From the human T2T-CHM13v2.0 reference genome, Homo sapiens, in the NCBI RefSeq assembly GCF_009914755.1, contig NC_060939.1: a stretch of 64,000 bases of DNA; one strand, given 5' to 3'. This document shows, piece after piece, positions 13,191 through 27,740 of this stretch (within the stretch, counting starts at the first letter, position 1; each line of letters begins with the position of its first letter). The notes under the pieces are model-generated. The model saw only the letters and a list, made by a program, of their open reading frames with translations, was not told the origin of the DNA and ran no database searches. The position numbers and the translations under genes are program-made.

Positions 13191-16100
13191 CTCAGATTGC
13201 TTCTGTCTAGATTTTATGTGAAGATGTTTCCTTTTCTAAAATAGGCCACAAAGCCCTCCAAATGTCCACATGCAGATTCTACAAAAAGAGTGTTCCCAAA
13301 CTGCTCAATCAAAAGGAAGTTTCACCTCTGTGAAATGAAGCAACACATCACAAAGAAGTTTCTCAGAATTCTTCAGTCTAGTTTTTTTCATCTCCTTTTC
13401 CACCTTAGGCCTCAAAGTGCTCCAAATGTCCACTTGCAGATTGTACAAAAGCAGTGTTTCCAAACTGCTCAATCAAAAGGAAGGTTCAACTCTGTGAGAT
13501 GAATTGACACATCACAAAGAAGTTTCTCAGAATTCTTCTGTCTAATTTTTATGTGAAGATATTTCCTTTTCTACCATAGGCCACAAAGCCCTCCAAATGT
13601 CCACTTTCAATTTCTACAAAAAGAGTATTTCCAAACTACTTAATCAAAAGAAAGTTTCAACTCTGTGAGATGAACACACACATCATGAAGAAGTTTCTGA
13701 GAATTCTTCTATCTAGTTTTCATGTGAAGATATTTCCTTTTCCACCATAGGCCTCAAAGCATTCCAAATATCCACTTGCAGAATCTACAAAAAGAGAGTT
13801 TCAAAAATGCTTAATAAAAAGAAAGGTTTAAATCTGTGAGATGAATGCACACATCACAAGGAAGTTTCTCAGATTGCTTCTGTCTACATTTTATGTGAAG
13901 GTATTTCCTTTTCTACCATAGGCCACAAAGGGCTCCCAATGTCCACTTCCAGATTCTACAAAAGCAGTGTTTCCTAACTGCTCAACTAAAAGAAATGTTC
14001 AACGCAGTGAGATGAATGCACACATCACAAAGTTGTTTTTCATAATTCTTCTGTCTAGTTTTTATGTGAAGATATTACCTTTGCCACCACAGACCTCAAA
14101 GCACTCCAAATTTCCACTTGTAAATTATACAAAAAGAGAGTTTCAAAACTGCTCTATCAAAAAAAAGGTTTAACTCTGTAACATGAATGCACACATCACA
14201 AAAGGGTTTCTCATATTGCTTCTGCCTAGATTTTATGTGAAGATACTTTCTTTTCTAAAATAGGCTGCAAAGTGCTCCAAATATCCACTTGCAGATCCTC
14301 CAAAAACAGTGTTTCCAAACTGCTCAAATGAAAGAAATGTTCAACTCTGTGATATGAATGCACACATCACAAAGATGTTTTTGAGAATTCTTCTGTCTAG
14401 TTTTTATGTGAAGGTATTACCTTTTCCACCATAGGCCTCAAAGTGCTACAAATTTCCACTTGCAGAATCTACAAAAAGAGAGTTTCAAAACTACCCTATC
14501 AAAAGAAAGGTTTAACTCTGTGACATGAATGCACACATCACAAAGAAGTTTCTCAGATTGCTTCTGCCTAGATTTTATTGGAAGATATTTCCTTTTCTAA
14601 AATAGGCCACAAAGCACTCCAAATGTCACTTCCAGATTCTGCACAAAGAGTGTTTCCAAACTGCTGAATCAAAAGAAAAGTTCAACTCTGTGAGATGAAC
14701 AAACACATCACAAAGATGTTTCTCAGAGTTCTTCTGTCTAGTTTTTATGTGAAGACATTTCCTTTTCCACGATAGGCCTGAAAGTGCTCCAAATGTCCAC
14801 TTGCAAATCCTACAAAAAGAGAGTTTCAAAACTGCTTAAACAAAAGAATGGTTAAACTCTGTGAGATGAATGCACATATCACAAATAAGTTTCTCAGATT
14901 GCTTCTGTCTAAATTTTATGAGAAGATATTTTCTTTTCTAACATAGGCCACAAAGTGCTCCAAATGTTGACTTGCAGATGCTACAAAAAGAGTATTTCCA
15001 AACTGTTCAATCAAAAAAAGTTCAACTCTGTGAGATGAAATCACACATCACAAAGAAGTTTCTCAGAATTCTTCTGTCTAGTTTTTATGTGAAGATATTT
15101 TCTTTTCCTCCATAGGCCTCAAAGCACTTCAAATGTACTATTGCAGATTCTACAAAAGGAGTGTTTCCAAACTGCTCAATCAAAAGAAAGGTTTAATTCT
15201 GTGAGATGAATGCACACATCACAAAGAAGTTTATCAGACTGCTTCTGTCTAGATTTTATGTGAAGATATTCCCTTTTCTAAAACAGGCTGCAAAGTGCTC
15301 CCAATGTCCACTTGCAAATACTACAAAAATAGTGTTTCCAAACTGCTCCATCAAAAGTAAGGTTCAACTATGTGAGATGAACGAACATCTCACAAAGAAG
15401 TTTCTCAGAAACCTTCTGTCTAGTTTTTATGTGAAGATGTTTTATTTTACACCATAGGCTTCAAGGTGCTCAAAATGCCCAAGTGCAGATACTACAAAAA
15501 TAATATTTCAAAACTGGTCCATCAAAAATAAGTTTCATACCTGATAGATGAATGGACACATTACAAAGAAGTTTCTCAGAATACTTCTGTCTAGTTTTTT
15601 TGTGAAGATATTTCATTTTCCACCATAGGCCTCGAGACACTCAAACTGCGCACATGCAGATTGTACAAAAAGAATATTTCAAAACTGGCCCATCAAAAGT
15701 AAGGTTCAACTCTGTGAGATGAATGCACACATCACAAAGTAGTTTGTCAGAATTCTTCTGTCTAGTTTTCATATGAAGATATTAGCTTTTCCACCACAGG
15801 CTTCAAAGTGCTCCACTTCCAGATTCTATAAAAGAGAGTTTCAAAACTGCTCTATCAAAAGAAAAGTTTAACTCTGTGACATGAATGCCTACATCGCAAT
15901 GAAGTTTCTCAGATTGCTTCTGTCTAGATTTTAAGTGAAGATATTTCCTTTTCTACCATAGGCCACAAAGCGCTCCAAATGTCCACTTGCAGATTCTACA
16001 AAAAGAATGTTTCCAAACTGCTCAATCAAAAGAAAGACTCTACACTGTAAGATGAATGCACACATCACAAAGAAGTTTCTCAAAATTCTTCTGTCTAGTT

Positions 16101-18500
16101 TTAATGTGAAGATATTCCCTTTACAACATAGTCTTCAAAGTGCTCCAAATGTACAGTTGCAGATTCTGCAAAAAGAGATTCAAAACTTTCCAATCAAAAG
16201 AAAGGTTTAACTCTGTGAGATGAATGCACACATCACAAAGAAGTTTCTCAGATTCCTTCTGTCCGGATTTTATGTGAAGATATTTCCTATTCTACCAAAG
16301 GGCGTAAAGCTCTCCAAATGTCCACTTGCAGATTCTACAAAAAGAGTGTTTCCAAACTGTTTAATCAAAAGAAAGGTACAATTCTGTGAGGTGAATACAC
16401 ATATCACAAAGAAGTTTCTCGGAAAACTTCTGTCTAGTTTATTGTGAAGATATTTCCTTTTCCACCATAGGCCTCAAAATGCTCCAAATGTCCAATTGTA
16501 CAATCTACAAAAAGAGAGTTTCAAAACTGTTCAATCAAAAGGAATGTTTAATTCTCTGAGATGAATGCACACATCACAAAGAAGTTTTTCAGATTCTTTC
16601 TGTCTGGATTTTATGTGAAGATATTTCCTTTTCTACTATAAGCCGCAAAGCACACCAAATGTCAACTTGAAGATTCTACAAAAAGAGTGTTTCCAAACTG
16701 CTCAATCAAAAGAAAGTTTCAACTCTGTGAGATGAATGCACACATCACAAAGAAGTTTCTCAGAATTCTTCTGTCTAGTTTTTATGTGAAGATATTTACT
16801 TTTCCACCATAGGCCTCAAAGCACTCCAAATGTCCACTTGGAGATTCTACAAAAAGAGAGTTAAAAACTGCCTAATCAAAAGACAGATTTGACTCTGTGA
16901 GATGAATGCACACATCACAAAGAAGATTCTCAGTTTGCTGCTGTCTAGATTTTATGTGAAGATATTTCTTTTTTGACCATAGGCCGCAAAGTGCTCCAAA
17001 TGTCCATTTGAAGATTCCACAAAAAGAGTGTTTCCAAAATGCTGAATCAAATGAGACATTCAACTCTGTGAGATGAATGCACACATCATAAAGAAGTTTC
17101 TCAGAATTCTTCTGTCTAGTTTTTATGTGAAGATACTTCCTTTTCCTCCATAGGAATCAAAGGGCTTCAAATGTCCGCTTGCAAATTCTACAAATAGAGA
17201 GATTCAAAACTGCTCAATCAACTAAAATGTTTAACTCTGTAAGATGAATGCACACATCACAAAGAAGTTTCTCAGATTGCTTCTTTCTAGATTTTATGTG
17301 AAGATATTTCCTTTTCTACCATAGGCCGCAAAGTGCTCCACTTGCAGATTCTACAAAAAAAGAGTTTCAGAACAGTTCTATAAAAGGAAAGCTTTAAATC
17401 TGTGAGATGAATGCATACATCACAATGGAGTTTCTCAGATTCCTTGTGTCTAGATTTTATGTGAAGGTATTTCCTTTTCTACAATAGGCTGCAAAGCGCT
17501 CCAAATGTCCACTTGCATATTCTACAAAAAGAGTGTTTCCAAACTGCTCAATCTAAAGAAAGGTTCAACTCTGTGAGATGAACGCACACATCACCACGAA
17601 GTGTGTCAGAATTCTCCTGTCTAGTTATTATTTGAAAGTATTACCTTTTCCAGCATAAGCCTCAAAGTGAACCAAATATCCACCTGCAGTTTCTACAACA
17701 AGAGAGTTTCAAAACTGCTCAATAAAAAGAAAGATTTAACTATGTGAGGTGAATGCACACATCACAAAGAAGTTTCTCAGACTACTTCTGTCTAGATTTT
17801 ATCTGAAGATATTTCTTTTTCTATTAGAGGTCACAAAGTGCTCCAGATATCCACTTGCAGATTCTACAAAAAGAGTGTTTCCAAACAGCTCTATCAAAAG
17901 AAAGGTTCACCTCTGTCAGGTGAATGCACATATCACAAAGAAGTTTCTCAGAATTCTCTGTCTAGTTTTTATGTTCCTTTTCCACCATAGTCCTCAAAGC
18001 ACTGCAAATATCCACTTGCAGTTTCTACAAAAAGGGAGTTTGAAAACTGCTCAATCAAAACAAAGTTTTAAATCTGTGGGATGAATGCACACATCACAAA
18101 GAAGGTTCTCTGATTGCTTCTGTCTAGATGTTATGTGAAGATATTTCCTTTCCTACCATAGGCCACAAAGTGCTCCCAATGTCCAATTGCAGATTCTACA
18201 AAAAGAGTGTTTCCAAACTGCTCATTCAAAAAACAGGTTTAACTCTATGAAATGAATGCACACATCACAAAGAAGTTTTCAGATTGCTTCTGTCTAGATT
18301 TTATGTGAAGATATTTCGTTTTGTACCATAGTCCAAAAACCGATCCAAATGTCCACTTGAAGATTCTACAAATAGAGTGTTTCCAAACTGCTCAATCAAA
18401 AGAAAGGTTCAACTTTGTGTAATGAATGCACACATTCCAAAGAAGTTTGTCAGAATTCTTCTGTCTAGTTTTTATGTGAATATATAACCTTTTTCCCCAT
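13191..18500 (-). repeat. Alpha satellite, family 2 (ctgtctag / caaatgtccac; loosely dimeric)
   Basis: Diagnostic switch from tgtgtag/aaatatcc to tgtctag/aaatgtcc, with alternating cagattgc..agatttt and cagaattc..agttttt monomers. Boundaries are good to about one monomer. Confidence 0.9.
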
Positions 18501-20390
18501 AGGCCTCAAAGTGCTCCAAATATCCACTTGCAGATTCTACAAAAACAGTGTTTCAAAACTGCTCAATCAAAAGAAAGGTTTAACTCTGTGAGATGAGTGC
18601 ACAGATCTCAAAGAAGTTTCTCAGAATGCTTCTCTGTAGTTTTTATGTGAAGATATTTCCTTTTCCACTATAGGCCTCAAAATGCTCCAAATATCCACTT
18701 GCAAATTATACAAAAAGAGTGTTTTAAAACTGTTCAATCATAAGATTGGTTCAACCAAGTGAGATGAATGCACAAATCGCAAATAAGTTTCTCAGAATGC
18801 TTTTGTGTAGTTTTTATTTGAAGGTATTTCCTTTTCCACCATAGACATCAAAGGGATCCAAATATCGACTTGCAGATTCTACCAAAACAGAGATTCAAAA
18901 CTGCTCAATCAAAAGATAGGTTAAACTCTGTGAGTTGAATGCACACATCACAAATATGTTTCTCAGAATGCTTCTGTATAGTTTTTATTTGATGATATTT
19001 CCTTTTCTACATTAGGACTCAAAGCTCTCCAAATATCCACTTGCAGATTCTGCTAAAAGAGAGATTCAAAACTGCTCAATCAAAATACAGGATTAACTCC
19101 ATGAGTTGAATGCACACACCACAAAGAAGTTTCTCAGAATGCTTCTGTGTAGTTGTTATGTGAAGATATTTCCTTCACCACAGTAGACCCCAAATCACTC
19201 CAAGTATCCACTTGCAGATTCTACGAAAAGAGTGTTTCAAAACTGCTCAATCAAAAGATAGGTTCAACTCTGTGTGTTGAATGCACACATCACAAAGAAG
19301 TTTCTCTGAAAGATTCTGCGTAGTTTTTATGCGAAGATATTTCCTTTTCCACAATAGGCTTCAAATCCCTCCAAATACCCACTTTCAGATTCTAAAAAAA
19401 GAGTGTTTCAAAACTACACAATCGAAAGAAAGTTTCAACTCTGGAAGATGTATGCACACATCACAAAGAAGTTTCTCAGAATGCTTCTATTTAGTTTTTA
19501 TATGCAGATATTTGGTTTTCCACATTAGGCCTCAAGGCACTCCAAATATCCACTTGCATTAGCTGAAAAAACCTGTATCAAAACTGCTCAATCAAAAGAA
19601 AGGATCAACAAAGTGAGATGAATGCATACATAACAAAGAAGTTTCTCAGAATGCTTCTGTGTAGTTTTTGTGTGAAGATATTTCCTTTTCTACCATAGGC
19701 CTCAAAGCGACCCAAGTATCCACCTTCAGATTCTACAATAAGAGTGTTTCAAAACTGCTCAATCATAACATAGTTTCAACACAGTGAGATGAATGCACAC
19801 ATCACAAATGTTTCTCAGAATGCTTCTGTGTAATTTTTATTTAAAGATATTTCCTTTTCCAACATCGGCCGCCAAGGTCTCCAAATATCCACTTTCAGAT
19901 TCTACAAACAGAGAGATTCAAAACTGCTCAATCAAAAGATAGGTTCCACTCTGTGAGGTGAATGCACACATCACAAAGAAGTTTCTCAGAATGCTTCTGT
20001 GTCGTTTTCATGTGAAGATATTTGGTTTTCCACAATAGGCCTCAAATCCCTCCAAATATCCACTTGCAGATACTACAAAAAGCATGTTTCAAAAACGCTC
20101 AATCAAAAGAAAGGTTCAACTCTGTGAGATGAATGCACACATCACCAAGAAGTTTCTCAGAATGCTTCTGTGTAGTTTTTCTGTGAAGATATTTGCTTTT
20201 CCACAGTCGGCCTGAAAACGCTCCCAGTATCCACTTGCAGATACCACAAAAGCAGTGTTTCAAAAGTACTCAGTCAAAAGAAAGGATAAACCCTGTCAGA
20301 TGAAGGCACTCATCTCAAAGAAGGCTCTCAGAATGCTTCTATGTAGTTTTTATGTGAAGATATTTCCTTTTCCACAATAGGCCTCAAAGA
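18501..20390 (-). repeat. Alpha satellite, ~11-monomer island of family 1
   Basis: Return to cagaatgcttctgtgtag, aaatatccac, gagattcaaaac and aagataggtt motifs. Confidence 0.85.
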
Positions 20391-23300
20391 GCTCCAAATG
20401 TCCACTTGCAGATTCTACAAAAAGAGTGTTTCAAAACTGCCCAATCAAAAGAAAGTTTCAATTATGTGAGATGAATGCACACATCACAAAGATATTTCCC
20501 AGAATTCTTCTGTCTAGTTATTATATGAAGATAGTTCGTTATCCACCAAAGGCCTCAAAGCGCTTCAAAGGTAAACTTGCAGATTCCACAAAAACAATGT
20601 TTCAAAACTGCTCAATGCAAAGTAAATTTCAACTCAGTGGGATGAATGCACACATCAAAAAGCCATTTGTCAGAATTTTTCTGTCTGGTTTTTATGTGAT
20701 GATATTTTTTTTCCACCATAAGCCTCAAAGCGCTTCAAATGTCCACTTGCAGATTCTATAAAAAGAGAGTTTCAAAACTCCTCAATCAAAACAAAGTTTT
20801 AACTCTGTGAGGTGAATGCACACATCACAAAGAAGTTTCTCAGGTTGCTTCTGTCTAGATTTTATGTGAAGATATTTCCTTTTCCACCATAGGCCTCAAA
20901 GCGCTCCAAATGTCCACTTCCAGATTCTGCAAAAGGAGTGTTTCCAAACTGCTCAATCAAAAGGAATGTTCAACTCTGTGGGATGAATTGACACATCACA
21001 AAGAAGTTTCTCAGAATTCTTCTGTCTAGTTTTTATGTGAAGGTATTTCCTTTTCTACCAGAGGCCACAAAACGCTCCAAATGTCCACTTGCAATTTCTA
21101 CAAAAAGAGTATTACCAAACTACTTAATCAAAAGAAAGGCTCAACTGTGTGAGATGAACAAACATATCACGAAGAAGTTTCTCAGAATTCTTCTGTCTAG
21201 TTTTTATGTGAAGATATTTACTTTTCCACCATAGGCCTCAAAGCGCTCCAAATGTCCACTTGCAGATCCTACAAAAAGAGAGTTTCAATACTGCTCAATC
21301 AAAAGAAAGGTTTAACTCTCTGACATGAATGCACAGATCACAAAGAAGTTCCTCAGATTGCTTATGTCTAGATTTTATGTGAAGATATTTCCTTTTCTAA
21401 AATAGGCCACAAACCACTCAAAATGTCCACTTGCAGATTCTACAAAAAGTGTTTCCAAACTGCTCAATCAAAAGAAATGTTCAACTCTGTGAGATGAATG
21501 CACACATCACAAAGAAGTTTCTCAGAATTCTTCTGTCTAGTTTTTATGTGAAGATATTTACTTTTCCACCATAGGCCTCAAAGCGCTCCAAATGTCCACT
21601 TGCAGATCCTACAAAAAGAGAGTTTCCGTACTGCTCAATCAAAAGAAAGGTTTAACTCTCTGAGATGAATGCACAGATCACAAAGAAGTTTCTCAGATTG
21701 ATTCTGTCTAGATTTTATGTGAAGTCATTTCCTTTTCTACCATAGGCCGCAAGTGCTCCAAATGTCCGCTTGCAGATTCTACAAAAAGTGTGTTTCCAAG
21801 CTGCTCAATGAAAGGAAAGCTTCAAATCGCTGAAGGTACAAATCACAAAGAAGTTTCCCAGAATGCTTCTGTCTAGTTTTTATGTGAAGATGTTTCCTTT
21901 TCCACCATAGGCCTCAAAGCCCTCCAAATGTCCACTTGTAGATTCCACAAAAAGAGAGTTTCAAAACTGCTCTATCAAAAGAAAGGTATAACTCTGTGAG
22001 ATGAATGCACGAATCAGAAGGAAGTTTTTCAGATTGCTTCTGCTTTGATTTTATGTGAAGATATTTCCTTTTTTAAAATAGGCCACAATGTGCTCCAAAC
22101 GTCCACATGCAGATCCTACAAAAAGATTGTTTCCAAACTGCTCAATCATAAGAAAGGTTAAACTCTGTGAGATGAACGAACACATCACAAAGAAGTTTCT
22201 CAGAATTCTTCTGTCTAGTTTTTGTGAAGATATTTCCTTTTCCACCATAGGCCTCAAAGCGCTCCAAATGTCCACTTCCAGATTCTACAGAAGGAGTGTT
22301 TCCAAACTGCTCAATCAAAAAGAATGTTCAACTCTGTGAGATGAATTGACACATCACAAAGAAGTTACTCAGAATTCTTCTGTCTAGTTTTTATGTGAAG
22401 GTATTTCCTTTTCTACCATAGGCCACAAAGTACTCCAAATGTCCACTTGCAATTTCTACAAAAAGAGTATTACCAAACTACTTAATCAAAAGAACGGTTC
22501 ACCTCAGTGAGATGAACACACACATCATGAAGAAGTTTCTCAGAATTCTTCTGTCTAGATTTTATGTGAGGATATTTCCTTTTCCAACATAGGCCTCAAA
22601 GTGTTCCAAATAACCACTTGCAGATTCTACAAAAAGAGAATTTCAAAACTGCTTAATCAAAAGAAAGGTTTAACTCTGTGAGATGAATGCACACATCATA
22701 AAAAAGTTGCTCAGATTGCTTCTGTCTAGATTTTATATGAAGATATTTCCTTTTCTTCCATAGGCTGCAAAGCACTCCAAATGTCCACTTGCAGATTCCA
22801 CAAAAACAGTCTTTCCAAACTGCTGAATTAAAAGAATTGTTCTACTCTGTGAGATGAACACACACATCACAAAAATGTTTGTCAGAATTCTTCTGTCTAG
22901 TTTTTATGTGAAGATATTGCCTTTTCCACCATGGGCCTCAAAGCACTCCAAATGTCTACTTGCAGATTCTACAAAAAGAGAGTTTCAAAACTGCTCTATC
23001 AAAAGAAAGGTTTAACTCGGTGACATGAATGCACACATCACAAAGAAATTTCACAGATTGCTTCTGCCTAGATTTTATTGGAAGATATTTCCTTTTCTAA
23101 AATAGGCCGCAAAGCACACCAAATGTCCACTTGCAGATTCTGCACAAAGAGTATTTCCAAACTGCTCAATCAAAAGAAAAGTTCAACTCTGTGAGATGAA
23201 TGAGCACATCACAAAGATGTTTCTCAGAATTCTTCTGTCTAGTTTTTATGTGAAGATATTTCCTTTTCCACTGTAGGCCTCAAAGAGCTCCAAATATCCA

Positions 23301-26300
23301 CTTGCAGATTCTACAAAAAGATAGTTTCAAAACTGCTCAATCAAAAGAAAGGTTCGACTCTGTGAAATGAATGAACACATCACAAAGAAGTTTCTCAGAT
23401 TGCTTCTGTCTAGATTTTATGTGAAGATATTTCCTTTTCTAACATAGGATACAAAGCGCTCCAAGTGTCAACTGGCAGACTCTACAAAAAGAGTGTTTCC
23501 AACCTGCTCAATCAAAAATAGTTCATCTCTGTGAGATGAATTGACACATCACAAAGAAGTTTCTCAGAATTCTTCTTTCTAGTTTTAATGTGAAGATATT
23601 TCATTTTCCACCATAGGCCTCATAGCGCTCCAAATGTACAATTACAGATTCTACAAAATGAGTGTTTCCAAACTACTACATCAAAAGAAAGTTTTAACAC
23701 TGTGAGATGAATGCACACATCACAAAGAAGTTTATCAGACTGCTTTTGTCTACATTTTATGTGAAGATATTCCCTTTTCTATAATGGGCCCCAAACCATC
23801 CAAATGTCCACTTGCAGATTCCACAAAAAGAGTGTTTCCAAAGTGCTCAATTAAATGTAAGATTCAACTCTGTGAGATGAATGAACACATCACAAAGAAG
23901 TTTCTCAGAAATCTTCTGTCTAGTTTTTATGTGAAGATATTTCCTTTTCCACCATAGGCCTCAAAGTGATCCAAATGTCCACTTGCAGATTCTACAAAAA
24001 GAGCGTTTCAAATCTTCTCAATCATAGGAAAGATTCAACTCCGTGAGATGAATGCACACATCAGAAAGAAGTTTCTCAGATTCCTTCTGTCTAGATTTCA
24101 TGGGAAGATATTTTCTTTTCTAGCATGGGCCACAAAGCGATCCAAATATCTGCTTGCAGACTCTACTAAAAGAGTCTTTCCAAACTGCTCAATCAAAAGA
24201 AAGGTTCAACTCTGTGGAATTAAATCACATATCACAAACAAGTTTCTCAGAATTCTTCTCTCTAGTTTTTATGTGAAGATATTTCATTTTCGACCATTGG
24301 CCTCAAGGCGCTCGAAATGCCCACTTGCAGATACTACAAAAAGAATATTTCAAAACTGGTCCATGAAAAGTAAGGTTCAACTCTGTGAGATGCATGCACA
24401 CATCACAAAGAAGTTTGTCAGAATTCTTCTATTTAGTTTTTATTTGAAGATATTACCTTTTCCACCATAGGCCTCAAAGTACTCCACTTCCAGATTCTAC
24501 AAGAAGAGACTGAAGAGAGTTTCAAAACTGCTCTATCAAAAGAAAGGTTTATCTCTGTGAGATGAATGCATACATCACAATGAAGTTTTTTCAGATTTCT
24601 TTTGTCTAGATTTTATGTGAAGATATTTCCTTTTCTACCATAGGCCACAAAGCGGTCCAAATTCCCACTTGCAGATTGTACAAAAAGAGTGTTTCCAAAC
24701 TGCTCAATCAAATTAAAGGTTCAACTCTGTGAGATGACTGCACGCATCACAAAGTAGTTTCTCAGAATTCTTCCATATAGTTTTTATGTGAAGATATTTC
24801 ATTTTCGACCATAGGCCTCAAGGCGCTCGAAATGCCCACTTGCAGATTCTACAAAAAGAATATTTCAAAACTGGTCCATCAAAAGTAAGGTTCTACTCTG
24901 TGAGATGTAAGCACACATCACAAAGAGGTTTTTGTGAATTTTTCTGTCCAGTTTTTATGTGAAGATATTACCTTTTCTACCATAGGACTCAAGGCACTCC
25001 ACTTGCAGATTCTACAAAAAGAAAGTTTCAAAACAACTCTATCAAAAGAAAGGTTTAACACTGTGAGATGAATGCATACATCACAGAGAAGTTTCTCAGA
25101 TTCCTTCTGTCTAGATTTTGTGTGAAGATATTTCCTTTTTTACAAGAGGCCTCAAAGTGCTCCAAATATCCACTTGCAGATTCTACAAAAAGAGTGTTTC
25201 CAAACAGCTCTATCAAAAGAAAAGTTCAACTCTGTGAGATGAATGCACACATCACAAAGAAGCTTCTCAGAATTCCCTGTGTAGTTTTTATGTTCCTTTT
25301 CCACCTTAGCCCTCAAAGCGCTACAAATGTCCACTTGCAGACTCTACAAAAAGGAGTTTGAAAACTGCTCAATCAAAACCAAGTTTTAAATCTGTGAGAT
25401 GAATGCACACATTACAAAGAAATTTCTCTGATTCCTTCTGTCTAGATGTTATGTGAAGATATTTCCTTTCCTACCATAGGCCACAAAGCACTCCCAATGT
25501 CTAATTGCAGTTTCTACAAAAAGAGTATTTCCAAACTGCTTAATCAAATGAAAGTTTCAACTCTGTTAGATGAATGCACACATCACAGAGAACTTTCTCA
25601 GAATTCTTCTGTCTACTTTTTATGTGAAGATATTTCCTTTTCTACCATGGGCCACAAAGAAATCGAAATGTCTACTTGCACATTCTACAAAAAGTGAGTT
25701 TCAAATCTACACTATCAAAAGAAAGTTTCAACTCTGTAAGATGAATGCACACATCATGAAGTAGTTTCTGAAATTTCTTCTGTATAGTTTTTATGTGAAG
25801 ATATTTCCTGTTCCACCATAGGCCTCAAAGCATTCCAAATATACAGTTGCAGATTCTACAAAAAGGGAGTTTCAAAACTGCTCAATCAAAAGTAAGGTTT
25901 AACTCTGTGAGATGAACGCACACATCACAAAGAAGTTTCTCAGATTGCTTCTGTCTATATTTTATGTGAAGATATTTCCTTTTCTACCATAGGCCGCAAA
26001 GCTCTCCAAATTGTCCACTAGCAGATTCTACAAAAAGAATGTTTCCAAACTGCTCAACCAAAAGAAAGGTTCAACTCTGTGACATGAACCCTCACATTGC
26101 AAAGACGTTTCTCAGAATTTTTCTGCCTGGTTTTTATGTGAAGATATTTCCTTTTCCACGATAGGCTTCAAAGCGCTCCAAATGTCCACTTGCAGATTCT
26201 ACAAAAAGAGAGTTTCAAAACTCATCAATCAAAAGAAAGCTTTACATCTTTGAGATGAATGCTCACATCCCAAAGAAGTTTCTCAGATTGCTTCTGTCTA

Positions 26301-27695
26301 GATTTTATTTGAAGATATTTCCTTTTCTGCCATAGGCCACAAAGCTCTCCAAATGTCCACTTGCAGATTCTACAAAAAGAGTGTTTCCATACTGCTCAAT
26401 CTAAAGAAAGGTTCAACATTGTGAAATGAATGCACACATCACAAAGAAGTTTCTCAGAATTCTACTCTCTAGTTTTATGTGAAGATATTTCCTTTTCCAC
26501 CATTGACCACAAAGCGCTCCTAATGTCCATTTGCAGATTCAACTAAAAGAGATTTTCAAAACTGCTCAATGAAAAGAAATTTTTATCTCTGTGAGATGAA
26601 TGCACCCATCACAAAGAAGTTTCTCAGATTGCTTCTGTCTAGATTTTATGTGAAGATATTTCCTTTCTACCATAGGCCGCATTGCGCTTGCAGATTATAC
26701 AAAAATAGGGTTTCTGAACTGCTCAATCAAAAGTAAGGTTCAACTCTATGAGATGACCATAGGCCACAAAGTTCTCCAAATGTCTACTTGCAGATTCTAC
26801 AAAAAGAGAGTTTCTAAACTGCTCAATCAAAAGAAAGGTTTAACTCTGTGACATGAATGCACACATCACAAAGAAGTTTCTCAGATTGCTTCTGTCTGGA
26901 ATGTATGTGAAGATATTACCTTATCTACCACAGGCCGCAAAGAGCACCAAATGTCCACTTGCAGATTCTACAAAAAGAGTGATTCCAAACTGCTCAATCA
27001 AAAGAAAGGTTCAAATCTGTGAGATGAATGCAGATATCACAAAGAAGTTTCTCAGAATTCTTCTGTCTGGTTTTTATGTGAAGATATTACCTTTTTCACC
27101 ATAGGCCTCAAAGCGCTTCAAATGTACACTTGCAGATTCTACAAAAGGGAGTTTCTAAACTGCTCAATCAAAGGGAAGTTTTAACTGTGTGAGATGAATG
27201 CACACATCACAAAGAAGTTTCTGAGACTGCTTCTGTCCAGGTTTCATGTGAAAATACTTCCTTTTGTACCATAGGCCACTGAGCGCTTCTAACTCTGTGA
27301 AATGAACGCACACATCACAAAGAAGTTTGTCGAAATTCTTCGGTCTAGTTTTTATGTTGAAGATATTACCTTTTCCACCATAGGCCTCAAAGCGCTCCAA
27401 TGTACACTTGCAGATTCTACAAAAAGAGAGTTTCAAAACTGCTCTATCAAAAGAAAGGTTTAAGTCTGTGATACGATTGCACATATTACAAAGAAGTTTC
27501 TCAGATTGCTTCTGTCTAAATTTTATGTGAAGATATTTCCTTTTCTACCATAGGCTGCAAAGCACTCCAAATGTGCACCTGCAGATTCTACAGAAAGAGT
27601 ATTTCCAAACTGCTCAATCAAAAGAAAGGTTGAACTCTCTGAGGTGAACGCACACATCACAAAGAAGTTTCTCAGAATTTTTCTGTCAAGTTTTT
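20391..27695 (-). repeat. Alpha satellite, family 2
   Basis: tgtctag/aaatgtcc monomers up to ...ttctgtcaagttttt, where the L1 poly(T) begins. Confidence 0.92.
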
Positions 27696-27740
27696 TTTTT
27701 TTAAAGAGCAGTTTGGATTTTATTTCTTTTATGTTCATAG
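27691..27740 (-). other. Candidate ~38-bp 3' transduction with its own AATAAA and a second poly(A)
   Basis: The minus strand reads ctatgaacataaaagAAATAAAatccaaactgctcttt-A12. AATAAA (27719-27724) lies 16 nt upstream of the A run (27691-27702). Confidence 0.6.
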
